Positions 54,860 through 64,000 of a stretch of DNA of 64,000 nucleotides are shown in pieces. Origin of the DNA: Eledone cirrhosa. Taxonomy: Eukaryota. Position numbers and translations under genes: made by a program. Below the pieces are notes generated by a model, which ran no database searches, was not told the DNA's origin, and saw only the letters and a list, made by a program, of their open reading frames with translations. Numbering within the stretch: position 1 is the stretch's first letter; each line of letters starts with the position of its first letter. The DNA is taken from positions 44,330,001 to 44,394,000 of the forward strand of contig OZ024742.1 in assembly GCA_964016885.1 (NCBI GenBank), written 5' to 3'.

Positions 54860-55112
54860 AGTACTGCAGATTGCAATACAGAAGACAAGCAAATACCAGA
54901 GGTTGTCTGGCTGCTTCCTCTTTGCACCGGTCACCATTGAGACCTCAGGCATCCTCAAACCCCAGGCAGCTGACCTCCTCTGTAAAATCGGATTGATAGC
55001 AGCCAGTCCGAGGAAGGACACCCACAAGGTGGAGTGGCTGTTGCAGCGGTTGTCGCTGGCCACTGTTGATGAAAATGCCTTTGCCATTTTGTCTTCGGAG
55101 TTACCGCTGTAA
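54860..55112 (+). mobile_element. Remnant of a CRE-like RLE C-terminus
   Basis: KTSKY..L...FLFAPVTIETSG...WLLQRLSLA...NA. Confidence 0.65.
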
Positions 55113-55255
55113 CCTAGGTGTAGAGTCGCCCTCGCTCCTTCCCCCTTTCTTCTTTTGTTCAGTAGTCCGTGCTCTTCCCTCCTTTTCCTCTCATTTATGG
55201 CATTTATAGTCCTTTCCAATGTTAATTTCTTTTTCTGTATATTTAACCAATCTAT

Positions 55256-55524
55256 AGTTAGAGTATTGGCCTTGCAATCGAAAGGTTCTGAGTTCAATTC
55301 TGGGTGATGTGTTGTTTCTTTGAGCAAGACACTTTATTTCACATTGCTCCAGTTTACTCAGCTGTAGAAATGAGATGATAGGGAATGGGTCCCTATCATT
55401 CCACGGCAAAGTGGTCGTGGAGGTGCCATGGCAAAAAAGCACCCAGCACTCACTGTAAATGAGGTTGGTGTTAGGAAGGGCATCCAGCTGTAGAAATCAT
55501 AAAATGAAATGAAAATGAAATGAT
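55256..55524 (+). mobile_element. SINE family 1, 5'-truncated
   Basis: matches 47660-47910. Confidence 0.8.
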
Positions 55525-55551
55525 AGTTATATCAATAATAGATAAACACTT

Positions 55552-56730
55552 TAGTCTTTGCTAGGATTACTCTCAGTCCTCTTGACTCCGACTGCTGTTT
55601 TCATAGCCAGAATTTATTCTCTAGCTCCTCTACTGATTTTCCTATAAGTACCAGATCATCAGCATAGAGAAGTTCCCATGGGCAGCCAGTCTTAAACTCC
55701 TGTTATGTCTTGGAGAACTATAATGAATAAGAGTGGGCTGAGGACCGAACCCTGATAAACTCCTACTTGTATCTGGAATTCCTCATTAAACACCATTCCT
55801 ACTCTCATTTTACTGACAGCTCTTCTGTACATAGCTTGTACTGTCCTCACAAGTCATTCCTCTATACCTAGTTTCCTTAGGGACCACCAGATGACAGATC
55901 GGGGTACTCTATCAATGGCCTTCTCGAGGTCAACAAAAGCTAAATATAGTGGCTTATTCTTCTCAAATAACCTCTCTTGTAGTTGTCTCACTAAGAAGAG
56001 GGCATCTATTGTACTTTTCCCAAGTACAAAACCAAACTGCATCTCATCTAATTTGACTCTTTCTCTAATTAGTTGTGCTAGCACTCTTTCTGTCACTTTC
56101 ATAACCTGATCCATCAGTTTTATACCTCGATAATTGCTCCTCTCCAGAGCATCCCCTTTACCTTTGTAGCAATCTACAAGAATACTGCTGCACCAATCTT
56201 TAGGTATGACTCCACCATATATAACTTGATTGACTGTGTGTGCAACCAGTTTGGTTCCTACTTATGATGCCTTCAGCATCTCAGCAACTATCCCTGATGG
56301 TCCAGCGGCCTTACCATTTTTCATTTCCTTAATTGTCTCTTTGGCCCTATAGTTGTTAACCTCAATAGCTGGTCCCTCTGTTGGGTCTAGTTTCTCTCTC
56401 TCTCCCATTCACCAGTTCTCTCATAATGATATTTCCAGGCCTCCTTTTTCTGGGCATCAGTGACACTAAGTGCACCAGCATCATTTCAGACACACTTATC
56501 CAACAACATCCTGATTTACACTGACACACTGCCTTGCAATATGAAACACCTCACGTTTCTGATCCTCTTGTCGCAGAACATTGGCAAACTGCCTACTCTC
56601 AGCTTCCCTGTGTGTTAAGTATACCTGACATCTAGCCTCTCTTTTCGTGGTTGGATGCCCTTCCTATCACCAGCACCATTTTACAGCATGGACTGGGTGC
56701 CTTTATTCGTGCTACCAGCACTAGAGAGTA
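55552..56730 (-). mobile_element. Internal RTE LINE fragment of the second subfamily
   Basis: MDQVMKVTERVLAQLIRERVKLDEMQFGF...DLEKA; colinear with 49420-50505. Confidence 0.88.
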
Positions 56731-57002
56731 TGTATGTATAAATAACATACAGGATTAATAGTATGAGTAACTTTGGAGAAATACCTATGTACAGTTAGAA
56801 CTCAGAACCTTGTGATAGGAAAGTGAACTTCTTATTGTAGCAACATGGCTGAGACAGGAAATGCATTGTGTGTGTAAATTTTAAAGAGTTACAGTCAGAA
56901 GTATATATACAAGCACATCCTGTATTATTATGGTTGATTACGTACATATTTTCATTATTTCTTTACCTAAACACCCTCTCAAATATTCATTTTCAACCTG
57001 TC

Positions 57003-57690
57003 TACATAAATATATGTTACATGGTAGTGAAACCTGTCTACATAAATATATGTTACATGATAGTGAGACCTGGGCGCTGTCTGTAGAAGACTTGCGTAGA
57101 TTAGAAAGAAACGAAGCTTGCATGCTCCAATGGATGTGTAACAGTAATATACGCGAATGGCAAAGCATAAACTGAGCAAGAAACTAGGCATAAGAGGAAT
57201 CAAATGCTGGGTGCAGGAGAGGAGGTTGCGTTGGTATGGACATATGATGTGTATGAAGGATGACAGCTGCATAAAAAGGTGCAGAGCACTAAAAGTCAGT
57301 GGAAGCTTTGGATGAGGTGATAAAAGCTGACCTTACCCAATTGCATCTCTCAAAGGCGATGACACAGGACTGTGACCTCTGGCATCACGCAGTAATACAG
57401 AAGACCCGACTTCACGTGGGAACAAGCCGAAGCTAAAGCATATAGACAACCCCCCCCCCCCCCCCCCCCCCGCAAAGTGGTCGTGGAGGTGTCACGACAA
57501 AAAACCACCCACCACTCACTGTAAATGAGGTTGGTGTTAGGAAGGGCATCCAGCTGTAGAAATCAAGCCAAAATCAGTTCTCATATAAGCAAGACAAGGT
57601 CACCCGGCCTGGCATTGCCCACAACAGGACTATCTGTCCAACTCATGCTAGCGTGGAAGAATGGACGTAAAATGGTGATGATTATGATTC
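57003..57690 (+). mobile_element. RTE LINE 3' fragment with a SINE-like tail
   Basis: [38 protein letters not shown]; tail motif and (GAT)n. Confidence 0.8.
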
Positions 57691-57728
57691 ATATATATTT
57701 AAAATTTACTTTTTTCTTTATATTTCAG

Positions 57729-57866
57729 TATGTCCACAAGGTGCATATGGCCGAAATTGTAAATTGCGTTGTGGGAAGTGTCGTTTAAATTATGACTGTG
57801 ACATGAAAACTGGCAACTGTAAATATGGGTGTGAAATTGGATTTACTGGGCCAAAATGTAAAATAA
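57729..57866 (+). CDS. Internal exon, EGF-like module
   Basis: tttcag/gtatgt; 138 nt, phase 1-1; CPQGAYGRNCKLRCGKCRLNYDCDMKTGNCKYGCEIGFTGPKCKI. Confidence 0.9.
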
Positions 57867-58059
57867 GTATGTATAGCAAATATGCATATATACGTATATG
57901 TGTGTATTGAATTTATTTGTGTTCTGAAATAGCTGTTGCCACTGCTGCTACAACCACCTTTGTACGTTAGTGCCAATTATACTTTATTTTATGAACCATG
58001 GAAAGAGGAAAGGCTCAGCCAACCTCAGTGAGATATAATAAAAATGACTACTATATTTA

Positions 58060-58256
58060 AGGTGGTGGATTGGCAGAACGTTGGATAAAATGTAATTGCA
58101 ATATTTTTTCTGCTTTTTAACATTCTGAGTTCAAATCCTGCTGAGGTCAAATTTGTCTTTCATCTTTGTGAAGTTGATAAAATAGAGTAACAGTCAAATA
58201 ATGGGGTTGATTTTATCCCTAAATTTGCTGGCCTTGTGCCTGAATTAGAAATCAAT
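58060..58256 (+). mobile_element. SINE family 2
   Basis: ggtggattggcagaa...ctgagttcaaatcctgctgaggtc...ggccttgtgcc. Confidence 0.7.
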
Positions 58257-60351
58257 AAATCTTTATTGGTTACTTCAGCAACAACAATAATGATCAAGAG
58301 GAAAAGAGACAGACAAGCAGAATCTAATCCTTTCTAAGCCATACTGTATACACTGACAAGAAGTGTGAAACTTCGCAAATCCATTCCCAGTTATGTGAAC
58401 TGGGCCATTTGACAGTTCATTGCTTTTTAGTAGAACTTAATTTACTGCCATTACCAGGATAGCAGCCTTTCTTATTTCAGTTGACAGTCCTATTTCCCAT
58501 TCATTTGGGCTTTCACACCCTAGTTGATTATACTCTAAACTTAAAAAAATATAGTTGTTTATTGAAGTAATTAATGACTTTCTAGAAATACGGTCATTAA
58601 TTCAAACCTCTGCTGTAACAGCCAGTTCTTTGGACAAGGTACATAACTCTGTATTTCAACAACAATATTTATTTTAGAAATGTCTTGACTCCAAAATGAT
58701 TTGATATTCAAACAACAAACATTTAAGGCCATTTCCCTGTTAAAGCTGAAGTTAACTTTATGGTTTCATACAAATCATGGATTCCTTTTGAGTCAGCATT
58801 GTACAACTGGATGCCCTTCCTTGTGCCAACTTTTTCTGCCATTTTTACAACATGCAGGGATACAATGTACCTATTTTAAACCAGATGTATGTATGGACCT
58901 GTAACCCCCGAGGGCGTTGTAGGGACTCCATCATGCTGTGTCTTGGGATTTAAAACCTGGCAGAGTCTATCACCTCTTTAGGTCTTTACACAGCTGATTT
59001 CTTCAGAGAGAGAGAGAGAATCGGGCTCAGTATTGAACTGATACTTTTTTAATCAACCTCAAAAAGATGAAAGACAAGGTTGACTTTGATGGGATTTGAA
59101 CTTTGAGTGCAGAGACCTGGAATGACTAACACAATCATTTTATTGACATTCTAATGACTTTGCCAATTTGCCACCTATTCTAAACCATATATGCACAATA
59201 AATTCAAATGTGCTGAAATCTGAATCTTTAGCTGCTAGCTTGACACTGAACCATCTGTGATTCCTGGCAGCATTGATTATCTGTATCTCAACTTGAGCCC
59301 TGCCTGTGACTGGGAATTAACTTGCATCACATTGTTGGCAATAACAGCTGTTAATTCTGCCAACAATTTTCCAGGTCTTCCTGTAGCTATGACTGTCTCA
59401 TAAGGTAAACACCGGTTTCTTTCTTTTATATTTGCTGGAATATAAGGAAGAGTTTGCAAGTGAAAGGTATCAACTGTCTCAACCTACCAGATGCCATTAA
59501 TTAGCCACCTTTAGTCTGTGTGGTAGGCAGTTTTCGACAGTGGATTGGCAGAATTTTCAAAGAGTTGGACGTGATGCTTTATGGTATCTGATCTGGCTCT
59601 GTGCATTCTAAGTTCTAATCTTACCTCCTTTTGGTAGGTGAAATAACCAAAAATTAAGAAAGATGTAGCAATATAACTAACTTTCTCATTATTAAGATGG
59701 TGTTTGGAATATAACTTAACAAGGGTTCATTCATAAAATTATGATGGGAGGTCTTGAGATAAATATATTAACACTTATCTTCGAATTTTTAATGAGAAAC
59801 AGTGCCTTTGATTTCAAAATAATTTGAAAATAATCAAGAGTTTAGAAATATAAATTTCTCATTTTTAAGCTGGTGTTTACATATTTTTGTGGAGATTTTT
59901 AGATATATATGAATGGATAATAAATCCCATCCTTATGGTTGAGGGTTGGGGACCTCAGACACAACCACCACTCTTCTAATCATTCATTGTGTCTTCATGT
60001 TTTCTTCAGGATGAATAAAGTTAGTGGGTCCTGAGTTCCCTTCCAAACTGATTAACTGTTGAAGTTGACTTCTTTAGCCTTCATCTCTACACAGGCGCAC
60101 ACAAGCAGTGAGGGTTTATGCTGGGAGTTGTCCTTCTAGTCTAGCTACCTTCCAGGGCTGCTGAGCTAAGACCACCTGCCCAGTTACACTGCACAGGAAC
60201 TTGTGTCCTGCATACTGTTAGACCACTGAGGCACCATGTAGCTTCTGTTAAAGTATGTCACTCAGCATATTGGAATAATGTTTCTTTAAATTGTTTCACT
60301 ATGCTTTCGTCAAAAAAAAAACACCTGATAAACACCTGATAAACACTTTAA

Positions 60352-60572
60352 CCCTTTAGCATTTACATTACTCTATATTTACTATTATATTTTCATGGTA
60401 AAGGCTTTACCTCACATTATTATCTCATATAATATCAATTCTATGAGGTTCTGATATTATTTATTTTGAGAACAATACCTTAACATGAGTATGAGTGGCC
60501 AGTTACAGGTGGTTTGAACAGAAAGATGTGAGAGAATTCTGGCTGGATATTGCCAGTTTAAATGCTAAAGGG
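60352..60572. mobile_element. piggyBac-like MITE
   Basis: perfect TIR CCCTTTAGCATTTA / TAAATGCTAAAGGG with TTAA on both sides. Confidence 0.85.
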
Positions 60573-60707
60573 TTAAAGCAAATAGTTTTGTATCGTAGGA
60601 GCAATGGCAATTTCAGGCACTTTGGTACCAAAAGAGTTAATGTGATTATAAAATACTCAGTTTATTAGAATTTTTATTGCTTTACCATGTTTTTCATTTT
60701 GTTCTAG

Positions 60708-60845
60708 AATGTACCATCCATTATTATGGAGATAATTGTTCATATCCATGTGGACACTGTGCAAAAGGGGAAAGTTGTCACTATGAAACTGGTATATGCC
60801 CTCATGGCTGTGACTCTGGTTATACGGGAGACAAGTGCAGAACAG
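60708..60845 (+). CDS. Internal exon, EGF-like module
   Basis: ttctag/gtaatt; 138 nt, phase 1-1; CTIHYYGDNCSYPCGHCAKGESCHYETGICPHGCDSGYTGDKCRT. Confidence 0.9.
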
Positions 60846-60877
60846 GTAATTGTCATGTTCATTATTCTATGTGTATA

Positions 60878-61490
60878 TGGATTGGCAGAGTCAGGAGAGC
60901 GTCGGACACCCTGCTTCACAAGCATAGAGTTACAACCCTTTATGTTCTGAGTTCAAATCCCACTGAGGTTAGCTTTGCCTTTCATCCTTATGGGTCAATA
61001 AAATAAAGTACCAGTAATGCACTGCGTCGATTTAATTGACTTTTCCTTCCCCCAAAATTGTTGGCCTTGTGCCTAAATCAGAAATCATCATTATTATTAT
61101 GATGTCATGCTTTGCAGCAAAGAGTTACGGCCCTTTATGGTCTGAGTTCAAATCCCGCCGAGGTTAACTTTGCTTTTCATCCTTACGGGTTGATAAAATA
61201 AAGTACCAGTAATGTATTGGGTAATTGCTGGCCTTGTGCCAAAAGTAGAAACAATTATTATTATATTACAAAGGCGGTGGATTGGCAGTATTGGAAGAGT
61301 TGGATAACATGCTTTGTGGCATAGAGTTATGGCCCTTTATGCTCTGAGTTCAAATCCTGCCAAGGTTAGCTTTGCCTTTGATCCTTACGGGGTTGATAAA
61401 ATAAGCACAAGTAATGCACTGGTGTCAATTTTATTCACTTTCTCATCTTCCAAAACTGTTGGCCTTGTGCTTAAATCATAAACCATTATT
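60878..61490 (+). mobile_element. Three head-to-tail copies of SINE family 2
   Basis: ctgagttcaaatcc...ctttgcctttcatcctta...ataaaataaagtacc...ggccttgtgcc...attatt occurs three times. Confidence 0.8.
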
Positions 61491-62155
61491 CTATGTATGT
61501 GTATCTTGATGTGTGGCCTGATATTTAGGAGGCTGGGTAAAGCAAATGGCCCTTAACTCCTGATGGAGTTGTAGGGGCACCATCCTGCAATGTAGCATGT
61601 ATTGGGAATTTAAAAACTGGTGGGTCCATCTCTCTCTAGGTCAGAATGCAGCTGATTTCTTCCAGAAGAAAAAGAAAACAAACAAATTCCAGTTCTGGAC
61701 TAATACTCTATTTATTGATCTTGAAAGTATCAAAGGGACTTTGATGGGATTTGAACTCAGAGCACAGTTAGCTGGAACAAATATTGAGGCATTTTTAATC
61801 TGATGCCCAATTCAACACCTTTTTAGGAACTTGGATTCACTGTCATAAGGTCGTAGGTTCAATTCCTGGACCAAGCGATATATTGTATTCTTGAGCAAGA
61901 TGCTTTTTTTTATGTTGCTTTTTCATGATAGGATGGAGAATCCTATCATTAAAACACTTGAAAAACCTATGAGATGCAGCCTCATAGAAGGCTAGCTAAA
62001 CTTGCATAAATTTGAACTGTAAAAATTAAAAGGAAAAAAAAACTCTCTGTGTGTGATACTACTGAGAGGTTTGTTACAACTTGGTAACAGATGTGAAATA
62101 TTCTCTGTGAGAGCCCTTACTTTATTCTCTTTGGGGATGTCTGTGTAAGGGGGAA

Positions 62156-62370
62156 TGGAATGGCTGAATTATTAGAGCGTCAGACAAGTGCTTTGCATTA
62201 TTTCTTCTGGCTCTTTATGTTCTCTGTTCAAATCCCGATGAGGTCAACTTTGCCTTTCACCGCACTGTGGTCAATAGAGTAAAATACCAGTCAGGTACTG
62301 GGGTCAATATAATTGACTCCTCCCTCCCACCAATTACTGACCTAGTGCCTAAATTACAAATCATTATTAT
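62156..62370 (+). mobile_element. SINE family 2
   Basis: same motifs as 60878-61099. Confidence 0.7.
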
Positions 62371-62512
62371 CTTTTTTTTTATTTTTTCATCAGTAACATT
62401 TTCAACTATATAATTTCATTTGTAAATTATGTGAAAAAATAAAAACAACCAAAAAAACATGAACAAAACATGAAGAAATCTTCAATTGAGTTATTATTTC
62501 TTATTTTGTCAG

Positions 62513-62652
62513 TTTGTGAGTATGGTTTCTATGGTCAAAACTGCAATATGACCTGTGGATGGTGTATTAAGGGGAAAAAGAATGTCATTTTGTAACTGGC
62601 AAGTGTGTAAATGGATGCCAAAAAGGCTATGAAGGAACTACTTGTGCTAAAG
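62513..62652 (+). CDS. Internal exon, EGF-like module, with an apparent 1-nt frameshift
   Basis: ttgtcag/gtcagt; 140 nt; CEYGFYGQNCNMTCGWCIKG then a shift in the GGGG-AAAAA run, continuing ECHFVTGKCVNGCQKGYEGTTCAK. Confidence 0.8.
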
Positions 62653-64000
62653 GTCAGTATACAATCATACTAATGTAGGGCTTCCCTACATGGACTAAAT
62701 TTACCTGCTAGGGTATAAATTTAGCCTATGTAGAGTGAATTTGTTGATTCTTGATTTGTAGGTATTTAAAAAAAATATAATTAATCCTATTGATACCAAC
62801 CTGCCCAGAACCATCTCTGTCCCTATGAAACAAAACCACCCATTTTAAAGGGTTCCTAAATTAATTAAAATCTCCCCCCCCCAACATAATTTGATATAAA
62901 AACCTTTTATTGTGTTACAGATACTATCTTAATGAAACAATGTATAATTTTAGTAAATCTCTCCAAGTACTTCATTAGTTAATTCAAACACAGTGTATTT
63001 CATTAGAAATACAGTAATAAACCATCCTATACAGCGTGAAACCACAATATTAAGACATTCTTGAAAAGTATAAAACAATGATCTGTTCACTAGTAAAGAT
63101 ATTATAACCATCTAGACCAACAAGCCTGTTAAATCATACAGATTGTTAAGAGTTAAAAGCAGTCTGAAGTTAAGAAAATTTAAAGAAGATTTTGTTTATT
63201 AAATTTTGTTTCCAACCTTTCCAAACCTGCTTCTGGTTCTATGACAGCAGCCTCTGGTTCTGGCAGCAGCTCTGAGGATATCACAAAGCTGTGTGTCCTG
63301 ATGGTAATTAAGCAGAAGTCTTGACATGGTCATATGTATATCGCAGAAAAATACTTCTTGTTGTGATTGGAAGACTTGGGTTGCTGTTGTTTGATGATGT
63401 CCTTCAATAGGAGTGGTAGCGGAAGACACGGTCATCGATTTTTGTTGTTGTTCAACAGCAATGGTAGAGGCAGACATACAAACCAGGCACTGAAAGGACC
63501 AATTTGGTAGCTGGACCATTTCCCAGAGTTCATCCATCATAGAAATATGGTGAATCTTTTTCTGACCTGGGATCTTTCAAAAGTTTGTGGCACATTGAAG
63601 GCAAACAGAAACATGACATTTACCACATTCAACTCATCGATTTCGGAAGGAGTTCTCTGGTTCTGTACGTGATTTTCTGGGCAATGTTCTATTTTGGAAC
63701 ATGGACCAGTTTTATCACACACTTCATCCATGGATGTCACAATAGCAATTTTTGTTCTGTCTGTCTATCCGTACAGTAGAACAAAATGTAAACAAATAGA
63801 TATGTTGCGTAAGTTTAGCACACTCGTTAACGAGATAAATAAAATGTTTGTTTATGTTTCGCGTTTTTATTTTTGTTTCCATTTTCCTATGCATTGTGTG
63901 TATGTATACACAAAGAAAAGGTGTATGTGGGTTAGAAATGAAGTCAATGTTCAGAATGGTTTTATAATTTATGTAAGATTGGCTGGTATAGTGTCTCACT

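Noticed and set aside
63199-63790. Minus-strand ORFs, possibly a piggyBac transposase remnant or another gene
   Set aside because: Only vague resemblance; no diagnostic motif I can support without a search

Overview
AT-rich eukaryotic DNA with large introns. The repeat content (RTE LINEs with ATC tails, tRNA-headed SINEs, very long (TA)n tracts) resembles a cephalopod such as Octopus; this is an inference. The window is the interior of one + strand gene. Seven phase-1/phase-1 exons encode six EGF/laminin-EGF-like modules and one kringle (MEGF10/11/SCARF-like ectodomain); the last exon has a 1-nt frameshift. The introns hold RTE LINE copies, a mariner remnant, TTAA-flanked MITEs, SINEs, and CRE/R2-like and Penelope-like remnants. 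Two features stand out. (1) A tandem array of ~520-bp units at 41950-44181, each carrying a type-I minimal hammerhead ribozyme in a long extended stem plus an octamer motif: a candidate retrozyme/circular-RNA system. (2) A 14.3-kb satellite of 51-bp units that visibly arose inside a dead RTE LINE, with the LINE still readable on both flanks and a 3426-bp higher-order duplication. Further hammerhead motifs lie in a Penelope-like palindrome (36458-37955) and at 52705-52760.
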